From: Verrucomicrobiota bacterium
Lineage (GTDB): Bacteria; Verrucomicrobiota; Verrucomicrobiia; Limisphaerales; UBA11358
DNA length: 64,000 bases
Assembly (NCBI GenBank): GCA_049510395.1
Contig: JBEKYY010000025.1
Location: 3,670-67,669 of the forward strand
Reading direction: 5' to 3'
Below are positions 33,624-43,489 of this stretch, in pieces. Below the pieces are notes generated by a model that saw only the letters and a program-made list of their open reading frames with translations, ran no database searches and was not told the DNA's origin. Position numbers and translations under genes: made by a program. Positions within the stretch are counted from its first letter, which is position 1, and each line of letters opens with the position of its first letter.

Positions 33624-36092
33624 TCACTTCCCAATCGTCACCTGCAGCGGCGCGTCGCGGCGTTCGGCAAACCGGCGCACGTAATCCTCCCACTGGACGT
33701 GATTGGTGAAATCGCCGCTGCGATCCCAGCACGCACCGAAGTAATACGGGAACGGCTTGCCGACTTCGGCGGTCGTGATTGCGAGCAGGTTGCGGATGGC
33801 TGGGAATCCTTCATGCGTCGGCTGCGGCACCACCGCGTGCAACTTGGCATCCGGCAAATCCGGAACGTCGTTCGTAAACGCTTCCACACTGCCTTTGGGC
33901 AAAACGATGGCAACGCCGATGGTGCCTTTGGGTGTGTCCTCCGGCTGCCAGTAGCTCATCCAGCCTTCGGCCTGGTCCTGCGCAATCAATTCCTCGCCGT
34001 CCGGTCCGCAGGCGCGCTCGGCCAGGCCGACACCGATGGTCAACGGCGAATTGGTTTCGCTGCTAAAGGTGCTTTGCGCCTTGGTGAACCACGAGCCGGC
34101 ATCAATGCTGTAACGTTTGGTTTCAGAAACCTTCCGTCCGTTGCCCGCGTCCCACGAGTCGTAGGTCAGCTCAAATTCCGACCGGATGGGGCCGGCGGTG
34201 ATGAGCCGCCAGTTGCGGTAGTTGCTGGAGGTGTAAAGCTTTTGGCCGTCCCAGATGCCGAGGCCGCCGCAGCCGCGGCTTTTGCCAACGCGGTAGTCGT
34301 CCATGAACTCGCCGTTGTCCTCGTGGTAATGCTTGGTGGCATACATCACGTCCACGATGAGGCCGCGGTTCTTTTTGATCCATACATCCGGACCGCTGGT
34401 AATGGTGCCTTCGCCCTTGATGAGCGCCTGGCCATAAGTGCGGTGCGCGATGCGGTCGCTCTCCCACGCGAAATCGTCCATGCGCTCCGGCACGTAACGC
34501 GCAAACGTCCGCACCGTCGGCGGCGGCACATTGGTCAATGCGGAAGCGTCCACAATGCAAAACGTCCGCGTCTCGCCCGGCGCGAGGTCAACCTGAAAAA
34601 GCAGTTTGTCCAGCGCCTGGCCCGGTTCGGACGCATAAACCTGTGAATCCAGAAAGTTCGAGACCACACAATCCCGCACCGCGAATTTGCCGACCGCCGG
34701 GTTAATCTGCAGGTCGCTGGCAACGGTCTGCAAATTGATTTCCACCGTTTCATTGCTGCGAGAAAAACCGGCTGGATTGGTGACTTTGACGGCAACCGAT
34801 TTGTTTTTTTTGCCGGCGGCCATGCCGCACGTCTTGCCACACCCGGCCGGCGGCGGGTTCAACAACTGCTGCATTTCGATTCCAGCGAGGATGAATGGCC
34901 CGACGCCTTTGAGGTCGTTGCTCACGATCGGTTCGCTCACGTAATAATCGAAACTTCCGTCGCGCGCGTGACCGTTGCCCGGCGTCCCGCCCAACCCAGC
35001 CACCGAGCAGCATTGGGTCAATGACCATTTCCCATCGCCATCGTTTTTGACCAGATTTTCGATGATGCCCCGGTAGCCTTTTTCAATCACCGGAACATAA
35101 CTCCGCGGCAGGTAGCCGTGATTCACGCCCTTGGCCATCGCATAAACGAACATGCCCGAAGCCGTCGCTTCCAGATAATTGCCCTTGCGATCGCCCTGGT
35201 CCAGCACCTGATACCACAGCCCCGTCTTCGGGTCCTGATATTTCACCACCCCGCTGCATAATTTCTGGAACGTGGCGATGATTTCCGGCCGGGCCGGGTG
35301 GCTCGCCGGGAAATAATCGAGCACGTCCACCAGCGCCATGGCATACCAGCCGATGGCGCGGCCCCAGAAATTGGACGAGGTGCCGGTGGCCTTGATCGCC
35401 CAGGGCTGCTCCTTGCTTTCATCCCAGGCATGATAGAACAAACCCGTCGCCGGATCATAAGTGTGCGCCGCCACCAGCCGGATTTGTTTCGCCACGTCGT
35501 CAAAATCGGAAACCGGCCCGTTGAACAACCGTGCATACTCGGCATAAAACGGTGCGCCCATGAACAGGCCGTCCAGCCACATCTGGTGCGGATACCGTTG
35601 CTTGTGCCAGAACCCGCCGTCGGCCGTGCGCGGTTGGGTGTCCAGTTGCCGGCGAAGCAGCGCGGCGGCCTTTTGATAGCGCTCATCATGGGTGATTTGC
35701 CATAGGGCCAGCACCGTTTTGCCGGGATTGATTGCATCGAGCTGATATTCCTCAGCTTTGTAGCGTTGGATGCCGCCTTCCGGCGTTATGAACGAACCGA
35801 TGGTGTTTTCGGCAAACTTGACGTAGTCCGGATTTTGCACCTGCCCATCGAGCTTGAGCAGCGACAGTGTGAACAGGCCCACGGTGTAATCCCATTTGGC
35901 CTTGCCGCCTTGTTGCCACACCAGACTGTCACCGCGCCGGGCGATTTCCGAGTCCGCCATTCGCACCGACCATTGTAACGGTGTGGCGCCGGCAAATTTT
36001 TCCGGTGGAGCGGTTTTGGTGGCGCAGGAAATTAGGGCGAAAAAACCTGCCACACCCAGCAAAAAATGAATCCGGTTGAATGTTTGTTTCAT
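33624..36092 (-). CDS. Lipoprotein fusion: GH105/GH88-type unsaturated (rhamno)galacturonyl hydrolase + DUF4861-like C-terminal domain
   Basis: The ATG at 36092 gives MKQTFNRIHFLLGVAGFFALISCAT (lipobox). YteR-like motifs: HQMWLDGLFMGAPFYAEYA, YHAWDES, FWGRAIGWYAMALVDVLDYFP. The ~400-aa C-terminal half resembles the DUF4861 proteins of pectin loci. Confidence 0.7.
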   Translation of the reverse strand: MKQTFNRIHFLLGVAGFFALISCATKTAPPEKFAGATPLQWSVRMADSEIARRGDSLVWQQGGKAKWDYTVGLFTLSLLKLDGQVQNPDYVKFAENTIGSFITPEGGIQRYKAEEYQLDAINPGKTVLALWQITHDERYQKAAALLRRQLDTQPRTADGGFWHKQRYPHQMWLDGLFMGAPFYAEYARLFNGPVSDFDDVAKQIRLVAAHTYDPATGLFYHAWDESKEQPWAIKATGTSSNFWGRAIGWYAMALVDVLDYFPASHPARPEIIATFQKLCSGVVKYQDPKTGLWYQVLDQGDRKGNYLEATASGMFVYAMAKGVNHGYLPRSYVPVIEKGYRGIIENLVKNDGDGKWSLTQCCSVAGLGGTPGNGHARDGSFDYYVSEPIVSNDLKGVGPFILAGIEMQQLLNPPPAGCGKTCGMAAGKKNKSVAVKVTNPAGFSRSNETVEINLQTVASDLQINPAVGKFAVRDCVVSNFLDSQVYASEPGQALDKLLFQVDLAPGETRTFCIVDASALTNVPPPTVRTFARYVPERMDDFAWESDRIAHRTYGQALIKGEGTITSGPDVWIKKNRGLIVDVMYATKHYHEDNGEFMDDYRVGKSRGCGGLGIWDGQKLYTSSNYRNWRLITAGPIRSEFELTYDSWDAGNGRKVSETKRYSIDAGSWFTKAQSTFSSETNSPLTIGVGLAERACGPDGEELIAQDQAEGWMSYWQPEDTPKGTIGVAIVLPKGSVEAFTNDVPDLPDAKLHAVVPQPTHEGFPAIRNLLAITTAEVGKPFPYYFGACWDRSGDFTNHVQWEDYVRRFAERRDAPLQVTIGK

Positions 36093-36259
36093 AGGCAAAA
36101 ATGTTTTGATGGAATTACCAGACTTTGGCCGTACAACCAAATTTATTTTTAAGCTACCCCTGTGATTCAAAAATGGTGGAGCGGCGTATAAACTGGATTT
36201 GGAGTGCGGTGACATGTCAACGCTTTTCAAAGCGCCGACGTGCCGGCGCAGTCCAAATT

Positions 36260-37042
36260 TTACCGTGCCAGCCAGCCGCCGTCCACGTTCATGATCGTGC
36301 CGTTCAGATAATCCGCGTCCTTCGAGGCTAGGAACAATATCGCTCCCGCGATGTCTTCGGGCGAACCCCAGCGCGCCTCGGGAATGCGGTCGAGGATGGA
36401 TTGGTTGCGTTTGGCGTCCTCACGGATCGGCCGGGTGTTTTCCGTGGCAATGTAACCGGGGGCCACGGCGTTGAAATTCGCGCGTTCCTTGGCCAGCTCG
36501 TTGGCAAACGCCTTGGTGATGCCCGCGATGCCGCTCTTGCTGGCGGTGTAACCTGGAACCAAAATGCCGCCCTGAAACGACAGCATCGAGGCAATGTTCA
36601 CGACTTTGAGGCGTGCGTCCGCCGGGGATTTTTCGCGTCCGCCTGTCACCCACCATTTGGCCACCGCCTGGCTCAGGAAAAACGGCGCGGTTAGGTTGAT
36701 TTGAATGGCGGCGTTCCAATCCTCTTCCGGATGATCCACCACCGGCGTACGGCGGATGATGCCGGCATTGTTCACGAGAATGTCCACGCGCCCGGTGTCA
36801 TTAACGATTTTGGCAACGAGGGCGGCGGCGCCCTTCTGGGTAAGCTTGCCGAAATCCTCGGTGTAGGCGTTGAAACTGGCGCCCAACGCTTTCACCCGGG
36901 CGCCAGTCTCGGACTGGTCGCTGACGTCCACGCTGACGGCGTGGGCGCCTTCGCGGGCAAACGCAATGGCAATGGCCTGGCCAATGCCGCGGCTGGCCCC
37001 GGTCACAATGGCGACTTTGTTGCTGAAACGTTTCGTTTCCAT
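36260..37042 (-). CDS. kduD: 2-dehydro-3-deoxy-D-gluconate 5-dehydrogenase (SDR)
   Basis: VAIVTGASRGIGQAIA (TGxxxGxG), NNAGI, and YTASKSGIAGITK (YxxxK). Adjacent to kduI. Confidence 0.8.
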   Translation of the reverse strand: METKRFSNKVAIVTGASRGIGQAIAIAFAREGAHAVSVDVSDQSETGARVKALGASFNAYTEDFGKLTQKGAAALVAKIVNDTGRVDILVNNAGIIRRTPVVDHPEEDWNAAIQINLTAPFFLSQAVAKWWVTGGREKSPADARLKVVNIASMLSFQGGILVPGYTASKSGIAGITKAFANELAKERANFNAVAPGYIATENTRPIREDAKRNQSILDRIPEARWGSPEDIAGAILFLASKDADYLNGTIMNVDGGWLAR

Positions 37043-37134
37043 AATTTGTGTTCTTTCTGGTTCGCAGGGGCGAGTTCCACGAGCCCCATAACTTTTTCCC
37101 GTCCGGGCGTCGCAGAGTTCCACCCTCCTGGAGA

Positions 37135-37968
37135 CTATTTCAAATCCGCCGGCTTCACGACATCCATGTCATCGAACACCTGGTTTTCGCCGGCCATGCC
37201 CCAGATGAATCTGTAATTGCTTGTGCCGCAGCCGCAGTGGATGGACCAGTTCGGCGACAGCGCGACCTCCTCGTTGTGCAAAAACAGGTGCTGCGTCTGC
37301 TGCGGCTCGCCCAGAAAATGCGTCAGCACGTTCTCGCCCAAGTCGAAGTAAAAATAAATCTCCGTGCGCCGCCAGTGGGTGTGCGGCGGAAAGGTGTTCC
37401 ACACGCTCCCCTCCTCCAGCGCGGTGAATCCCATCACGAGCTGGCAGCTCTTGATGCCGCCCGGGTGGATGTATTTGTAAATCGTCCGCTTGTTCGCCGC
37501 CGCCTGCGAACCGAGTGGTACCGGCGACGCGTCCTTCGGCTTCATCGTCGCGGCGGGATGAGCCGCGTGCGCCGGACAACTCAGGAAATAAAACTTCGCC
37601 GGATTCTTCGCGTCCTTGCTCTCGAACGTGACCGACTTGGTGCCCATCGGCAGATAAACGCAATCCAGCCGGTCGAGGGAAAATGACTTGCCGTCCGCGC
37701 GCACCGCCCCTGCCCCGCCAACGTTGATGGCGCCCAGTTCGCGGCGTTCGAGGAAAAACGTCCGTCCGGTTTCCTTGTGATTCGGCAATTCAACCGGTTT
37801 GACCGGCATCACGCCGCCGACCACCAGCCGGTCGAGGTCGGTGAACAAGCCGCGCAATTCGCCCGGCTTGAAAAGATTGGTGATGTGAAACGTGTCGCGC
37901 AATTCCTGGGTGTTCAGGCGCTGCACGTCCTGCGGCCGCGGCATCCGGCGAATGGTATTTTCGAACAT
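37135..37968 (-). CDS. kduI: 5-dehydro-4-deoxy-D-glucuronate isomerase
   Basis: 277 aa. ...DRLVVGGVMP...FFLERRELGAINVGG...NTFPPHTHWRRTEIYFYFDL... is typical of KduI cupins. Confidence 0.9.
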   Translation of the reverse strand: MFENTIRRMPRPQDVQRLNTQELRDTFHITNLFKPGELRGLFTDLDRLVVGGVMPVKPVELPNHKETGRTFFLERRELGAINVGGAGAVRADGKSFSLDRLDCVYLPMGTKSVTFESKDAKNPAKFYFLSCPAHAAHPAATMKPKDASPVPLGSQAAANKRTIYKYIHPGGIKSCQLVMGFTALEEGSVWNTFPPHTHWRRTEIYFYFDLGENVLTHFLGEPQQTQHLFLHNEEVALSPNWSIHCGCGTSNYRFIWGMAGENQVFDDMDVVKPADLK

Positions 37969-38000
37969 ATAGATGTAAGTTTAGATTTGAGCTTTGGTCC

Positions 38001-38042
38001 CGGTCAATGGAAAACAAAATCCAGCCAGGCAACAGGTTTGGC
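38001..38042 (-). terminator. Rho-independent terminator after ilvB
   Basis: Minus strand reads CCAGCCGGG-N14-CCTGGCTGG (one mismatch), followed by ATTTTGTTTT. Confidence 0.6.
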
Positions 38043-38071
38043 ACCCGGCTGGAAATTTTGCATACCTCAAA

Positions 38072-39949
38072 CTACGCCTTCCAGATCATGTCCGCCACCG
38101 TGCGGTTCGCCGGAACGAACGGCAGGACGTGTTCGGTATAGGGCACAATCACGTCGAGCACATACGGCTCTTTCGCGTCGAGCATCCGCTGGATCGCCGG
38201 GCGCAAATCCTTTTTGAACATCACCCGCTCGCACTTCACGTTGAAGCTCCGGCACACCGCGACATAATCCGGATAAATCTGCTTCATGTTCTCCGGGTCG
38301 CCGAGGTAGGTGTTCCCGCGATTGCCGGCGTAGAAGCGGTCTTCCCACTGCACCACCATGCCGAGGTGCTGGTTGTTCAGAATGACGGCTTTGGCGGCGA
38401 TCTTTTCAATGTGCGCCGTCGCCAGTTCCTGAATGTTCATCAGAAACGAGCCGTCGCCGTCAATATCAATGACCTGCCGCTCGGGATGGGCGACTTTCGC
38501 GCCCAGCGCCGCGGGATAACCGTAGCCCATCGCACCCAGTCCACCGCTGGTCAAGAGCTGGCGCGGGTATTTGTACTGATAATATTGCGCTGCCCACATC
38601 TGGTGCTGGCCCACTCCTGTGGTGATAATCGCCTCGCCCTCGGTCAGTTCGTACAACGTCTCGACCACCATCTGCGGCAGGATGACTTCGTTTTCCTTGC
38701 CTTTGAGATGATCGTGCATGTGCTGCGATTTGGATACTTCCTCGGTGACACGATAACCAAATGGCCCCTTCTTTTTCCACGCCTCGACCTGCTCGTGCCA
38801 TTTCGTGAATTTCTTCTCGATGGGCCGTTGTTTGATCATTTCGTTCAACCGCCCCAGCGCGTATTTGATGTCGCTCACGATGGGCAGGTTCGCCGGCTTG
38901 TTCTTGTTGATTTCCGAAGGATCAATGTCAATGTGCACGATCGTCCCCTTCTCGCAGAACTTGTCCACTCTGCCCGTCACGCGGTCGTCGAAACGCACGC
39001 CAAAAGCCAGCAGCAAGTCGGCGCCGGGCGCGACCGGTTTCATCGGCTCAGTCGGACTTTTGCGCGGCTCGAATTCACCGTTAACCGCCCAGTTCGCGAA
39101 CGCTGCGCCGTGCATCCCCAGCCAGCGGAGCGACAGCGGATGGGTCTCCGGAAAGGCGCCGCAGCCCATGATGGTTGAAGTCACTGGTATCTGCGTGGCT
39201 TCCACAAACTGTCGCAATTCCCCGCTCGCGTTGCCGGTGATGATGCCGCCACCAACGTACAGCACCGGGCGCTCGGACTTTTCGATCAGTCCGATGATTT
39301 CGTTCAGTTCGATGTCGCTGGCTTTGGGATTGGGATCGTAGCCGCGGATGTTGACTTTGTCGGGAAACACCGGTTGCGTGCGCGCCTGCTGAATGTTTTT
39401 CGGCATGTCAATCAACACCGGGCCGGGCCGCCCGGTTTGCGCGAGGAAAAACGCCTCCTTCACGATGCGCGGAATTTCGTTGATGTCGGTAACCAGATAA
39501 CTGTGCTTCACCACCGGCAGCGTCATGCCATAGATGTCGGTTTCCTGGAACGCGTTTCGGCCGATCAGCGCCTGCGGCACTTGGCCGGTGATGGCGATGA
39601 GCGGCACGGAATCCATGTAGGCGTCCGCGATGCCGGACACCAGGTTGGTGGCGCCGGGGCCGCTGGTGGACATGCAAACGCCGGCCCGGCCCGTGGCGCG
39701 TGCGTAACCGCCGGCGGCGAACGCGCCGCCCTGTTCGTGGCGCGGCAGCACGACACGGATTTTTTTGGATCGGGTCAGTGACTGGTGGATTTCCAGGCTC
39801 GCGCCGCCGGGGTAGGCGAAAATTGTGTCCACGCCCTCGCGTTCGAGGCAGGCGACCAGGATATCGCTGCCGGACATTGCCGGGCCAACTTCCCTGTGCC
39901 GCGCTGGGGTGGATTTCTTTTTATTCTCAGTTTCAGTTGTCTTGCTCAT
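38072..39949 (-). CDS. ilvB: Acetolactate synthase large (catalytic) subunit, biosynthetic type
   Basis: [32 protein letters not shown]...[32 protein letters not shown]...[15 protein letters not shown]...[14 protein letters not shown] is ThDP/FAD-enzyme architecture. The start at MSKTT is taken from track arithmetic. Confidence 0.9.
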   Translation of the reverse strand: MSKTTETENKKKSTPARHREVGPAMSGSDILVACLEREGVDTIFAYPGGASLEIHQSLTRSKKIRVVLPRHEQGGAFAAGGYARATGRAGVCMSTSGPGATNLVSGIADAYMDSVPLIAITGQVPQALIGRNAFQETDIYGMTLPVVKHSYLVTDINEIPRIVKEAFFLAQTGRPGPVLIDMPKNIQQARTQPVFPDKVNIRGYDPNPKASDIELNEIIGLIEKSERPVLYVGGGIITGNASGELRQFVEATQIPVTSTIMGCGAFPETHPLSLRWLGMHGAAFANWAVNGEFEPRKSPTEPMKPVAPGADLLLAFGVRFDDRVTGRVDKFCEKGTIVHIDIDPSEINKNKPANLPIVSDIKYALGRLNEMIKQRPIEKKFTKWHEQVEAWKKKGPFGYRVTEEVSKSQHMHDHLKGKENEVILPQMVVETLYELTEGEAIITTGVGQHQMWAAQYYQYKYPRQLLTSGGLGAMGYGYPAALGAKVAHPERQVIDIDGDGSFLMNIQELATAHIEKIAAKAVILNNQHLGMVVQWEDRFYAGNRGNTYLGDPENMKQIYPDYVAVCRSFNVKCERVMFKKDLRPAIQRMLDAKEPYVLDVIVPYTEHVLPFVPANRTVADMIWKA

Positions 39950-39981
39950 GTGCTCTTTTGGTTGAGGCTGACGATCGCGGC

Positions 39982-40019
39982 TAAAACAAAAACCCACGAC
40001 CGATTTGCAGCCGTGGGTT
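39982..40019 (-). terminator. Rho-independent terminator between the MFS gene and ilvB
   Basis: Minus strand reads AACCCACG-N13-CGTGGGTT followed by TTTTGTTTT. Confidence 0.65.
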
Positions 40020-40146
40020 CTTGTTAAAGTTTATCAAATCAACAAGCGCCAACGGCGTCGCTAACGACAACGACGACAGCCAGTATGACGACTTGTTTGA
40101 TGTTTTTCAACATTGCGTATTCAATTTAATGGAATTTCCGGCGGGG

Positions 40147-41463
40147 TCAAGCATTGTTTTTGCCCAGCGCCTGGTTGCGGATGGCGAACATGAGCAGGCC
40201 GCCGATAACGCCAAACGGCACCATGAAGTAGAAGTAGGAGTCCCAGCTTTTATCGAGAAAGTAGCCAAGCACCTTGAGCGCGAGGCTGGCGCCGAAGTAT
40301 TGGAACGAGTCAATCACGCCCGACGCAAAACCCGCCATCTTGCGCCCGCCGATGTCCATCGCCGCCGCCGGACCGAGAAGCGAGTGCGTCGAGTTGGCCG
40401 TGAAGGAAATCAACACGAAGAAAACGAGCGCCCAGTTGAGGCTTTGCACCTGCGTCGCCACGAGGATGACGCAGACTTCGATGAAATAAATCCACGCGGC
40501 CACGGGCGCGCGGCGGCCCTGGAAAATCCGGTCGGAGATAATACCCGAGATCAGCGAGCCGGAAGACGCAACAAACGGAATCAGAAACCCGAGCCACTGA
40601 AACCGCGCCGAACTCAATTCCAAGTGGTGGACTTCCTGAAAGTAACGGGGAAACCACTGGTCAATGCACTGCCGCACCGCGCCGGTGCAGGCATACGCCA
40701 GCGCAATGATCCAGACCAGCGGATTGCCAACGATTCGTTTGAATACAGTCGCGATCTCACCGTGGATGTCCGTGTCGGAATGATCCGCCTCGCCGGCGTG
40801 AACGCCGGCAAAACCCGCTTCCTCCGGCGTGTCCTTGACCACGAGCGCGAGCACGACCGCCACCAGGCTCGCGACGCCCGCCGGAATCCAGAACAGCCAG
40901 CGCCAGTGCAGCGCGGGCACCTGCCACATGCCAAGGAACGTGAAGCCGGCCAGCAGCGCGGCCCCGAAATAATTGATGCCGAGCCGCCCGAGGTTGATCA
41001 TGAACCCGAAAATGCCCGCGAATGTGCCGCGCTCCGTCCGGCCAAACCACGCGGCGTTGATCTTGATGAAGCCCGGCGCGCCGAACGCCTGCATGTAGCC
41101 GTCAATGCTCCGCAACGCCACAAACAGCCAGAGGAAACCCCAGAACGACGACGCGCCGAAGAGCAGGTTCATCGTCACCGTGCCCGCCGCGCCGATGAGC
41201 ATGGCGCGCTTGCCGCCCAGCCGGTCGGTCAGCAACCCGTTGACGATCTGTCCGATCGCGTAGGCCAGCAACTGGGCCGAGATGATGTTGCTCATGTCGG
41301 ACTTGGAAAAATGAAATTCGTCGGCGATGGCTTTGTTGGCCAGCGGCAGGTTGTAGCGGCAGAGGTAAAAGGAGGTGTACATCAGCCCGACAATGCCCCA
41401 GTTCAACCCCCGCCGCGGGCGGAAGCCCGGAGGGAATTTTCGTTGGGCAAAAGTCATTGGCAC
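40147..41463 (-). CDS. MFS transporter, organophosphate:Pi antiporter (GlpT/UhpC-like) family, paralog 1
   Basis: FYLCRYNLPLANKAI...GLLTDRLGGKR...ISDRIFQGRRAPVAAW parallels GlpT MSDKVFRGNRGATGVF. 12 TM segments. Confidence 0.75.
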   Translation of the reverse strand: MPMTFAQRKFPPGFRPRRGLNWGIVGLMYTSFYLCRYNLPLANKAIADEFHFSKSDMSNIISAQLLAYAIGQIVNGLLTDRLGGKRAMLIGAAGTVTMNLLFGASSFWGFLWLFVALRSIDGYMQAFGAPGFIKINAAWFGRTERGTFAGIFGFMINLGRLGINYFGAALLAGFTFLGMWQVPALHWRWLFWIPAGVASLVAVVLALVVKDTPEEAGFAGVHAGEADHSDTDIHGEIATVFKRIVGNPLVWIIALAYACTGAVRQCIDQWFPRYFQEVHHLELSSARFQWLGFLIPFVASSGSLISGIISDRIFQGRRAPVAAWIYFIEVCVILVATQVQSLNWALVFFVLISFTANSTHSLLGPAAAMDIGGRKMAGFASGVIDSFQYFGASLALKVLGYFLDKSWDSYFYFMVPFGVIGGLLMFAIRNQALGKNNA

Positions 41464-41551
41464 GATCAGGCTCCTGAAACGGATTCGACCGGCTCAAAGC
41501 CGGATGCAACAAAGCAAAATCAAAGGTTCCGGTCAAGAAACGGCGGAGGAT

Positions 41552-41683
41552 GGTAGTGTCTTAATTTGAAATCCGAACCACCGGGTCGGAGCGCGAGTTG
41601 TCTCAACTCGCAGCGGATTTGGAATGCCGTAGCTGCTGCGGATTGAGGACAATCCGCACTCCGCGTCAAATTGAGACACTACC
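41552..41683. repeat. Composite hairpin element: 18-bp terminal inverted repeat enclosing two internal hairpins
   Basis: GGTAGTGTCTTAATTTGA (41552-41569) pairs with TCAAATTGAGACACTACC (41666-41683), 17 of 18 complementary. Internal hairpins: GCGAGTTG-TCT-CAACTCGC and GCGGATTG-AGGA-CAATCCGC. Confidence 0.7.
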
Positions 41684-41936
41684 CGGCGGATCTTGCCGGC
41701 CCGCCGCCCGGTCGGATCGGTTCTGGCTTCAAACCGAACTCCGAAGTTGCCGCTGGTGACGGGGGGACCAAGCCCTGTTGGAATGCGCCCGTCCCCGGGC
41801 GCAGCAACTGGCTTCGTTCAAGACATGGAACATTTCCCAACCGCCCGCCCGCCGCACTTGGCTGCGGCGGGACGGCCGCACTCCGCCAACGCAGAAACTC
41901 AATGTCGGAGTTCGAACTCAAACCGGTCTTCTGCTT

Positions 41937-43379
41937 TTATTCAATCTCGACGAGGTATTTCCGGGTGGCCATGGGCAGGTCGTGCCAGATTTTTATGGCA
42001 ATCAGCGTCCCGATCAGCGCGAACGGCATCAGAAAATACGGCCAGTAATGCCAGTTCCACGTCGTCAGGTAACCGAGGCTGAACGACTGGATACCACTGC
42101 CGAGGTAGGTGCAACCATCCACAATGCCGGAGCACGTCGCCGCGGCCTTGCGCCCGCCGAAATCCGTCGCCGCCGTGCCGGCCATGAGCGACGCGATGCC
42201 CACCGACGCCATCACGATGAGCACCGACGCACAGCCAAGAATGTATGGCGAGGAAAACAAAAACACGGCCATTACCATCGCCATGATCAGGATGAAGCCG
42301 CACAGGAACGCCGTTGGTGGACCGCGCCGCGATTGGAACCACCAGTCGGATGCCATGCCGCCGGCGAACCCGCCGATGATGCCGAAGATGCACAGCAGCA
42401 GGCCCCAATGTTGCAGGAAAAATTCCGCGCCCGGCTGTTTCACCTCGGCGGCAAAAACGAAATACCATTGCGTGATGCCATTGCGGAACACACCCGAAGT
42501 CAGCCCGATGGCCGCAATCAGCAGCATCAACGGACTGGCAAAAACTTTTTTGAGCAGGTCGAGCGTCGTCAGCTCGATGTGCATCTGGCCGGACGAGGCG
42601 TCGTGCGTGTCGAAGTACGGAAAATCCGCCTCCTCCGGCGTGTCCTTGATGAGCCACCAGTCAATCAGCACCCAGACAATCAAAATTGCCGACGGAATGA
42701 AAAACACCGCCCACGTTGCATCCACCGGTTTTGTGGTGGAAGCGAAAATGGCCTGCAGCAAATCGTGCAACCAGCCGCCGGTGGCGCCGGCTTTGGTCAT
42801 ATTGACAATCGCCTGCCCCCAGTCGAACGCGAAATAGACGCCGATGGAAATGAGCGTTCCAAAAATCGCGCCGAACACGCCGCGTTCGCGCACGTGGAAC
42901 CAGTAGGCCTTGACCTTGATGATGGAAACCGCGCCGTAGCTCTGGAAATACATGTTCACCGAGTAGAGAAACGAGAACGCGGCGACGTGGTTGAAATGCA
43001 GCCGGCCCATCACGAGCAGCCAGGTCAGCACCCCGAGCAGGACGTTCGCCACCGACGCGCCCAGGGCGGCGATGATGATGCCGCGTTTGCCGCCGATTTT
43101 GTCCACGAGCGGGCCGTTGACGAGGAACGATGCCGCGTAAGTGACCGTGCCTGCCGCGAAGATCAGCCCGAGGTCCTCCTTCGACATCAAATCGCCGAGC
43201 GCGTTTTTGGAGACATTGAGGTTGTAGCGTCCCATGTAAAGGAACGCGTAAGTCATGCCGAGCGGAAACCAGTTGATGAAGCGGCGCATCATGAACCACC
43301 GGCTGTGGCCCATCGGGTTGTTGTGAAAATACAACCCGATAATCACCGCCAGACAAATGCCGACCAAAACCAAGTCCAT
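41937..43379 (-). CDS. MFS transporter, OPA (GlpT/UhpC-like) family, paralog 2
   Basis: The ATG at 43379 (MDLVLVGICL...) is preferred. YMGRYNLNVSKNAL...GPLVDKIGGKR...ASDWWFQSRRGPPTAF. Colinear with 40147..41463. Confidence 0.75.
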   Translation of the reverse strand: MDLVLVGICLAVIIGLYFHNNPMGHSRWFMMRRFINWFPLGMTYAFLYMGRYNLNVSKNALGDLMSKEDLGLIFAAGTVTYAASFLVNGPLVDKIGGKRGIIIAALGASVANVLLGVLTWLLVMGRLHFNHVAAFSFLYSVNMYFQSYGAVSIIKVKAYWFHVRERGVFGAIFGTLISIGVYFAFDWGQAIVNMTKAGATGGWLHDLLQAIFASTTKPVDATWAVFFIPSAILIVWVLIDWWLIKDTPEEADFPYFDTHDASSGQMHIELTTLDLLKKVFASPLMLLIAAIGLTSGVFRNGITQWYFVFAAEVKQPGAEFFLQHWGLLLCIFGIIGGFAGGMASDWWFQSRRGPPTAFLCGFILIMAMVMAVFLFSSPYILGCASVLIVMASVGIASLMAGTAATDFGGRKAAATCSGIVDGCTYLGSGIQSFSLGYLTTWNWHYWPYFLMPFALIGTLIAIKIWHDLPMATRKYLVEIE

Positions 43380-43489
43380 TAAAATCCTTCGGTAGCCCGA
43401 CAGGAAAACAGACCCGCACGGCGCGGTCAAAGGATTTTATGTGACAAAAAAGCCGCGGGGCGCAACTTCGCACCACCACCATTTGTTCT

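Noticed and set aside
15199-39997. N-terminal extensions in the ORF track, for example the radical SAM gene from 15199, pilM from 19915, pilQ from 22892, mntH from 31866, mntR from 31650, GH105 from 36230, kduD from 37123, ilvB from 39997, skp from 53958 and the giant protein from 59017.
   Set aside because: The extensions are Arg/Cys/Pro-rich and overlap upstream genes or spacers. Internal ATGs give canonical N-termini (signal peptides, conserved family starts), often with an SD or ATGA coupling.
33543-43382. Large plus-strand ORFs 33543..34646, 37994..39178, 40021..41556 (511 aa) and 41778..43382 (534 aa).
   Set aside because: All are antisense to well-supported genes (GH105-DUF4861, ilvB and the two MFS transporters). 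They are extremely Arg/His/Pro/Gly-rich with no motifs.
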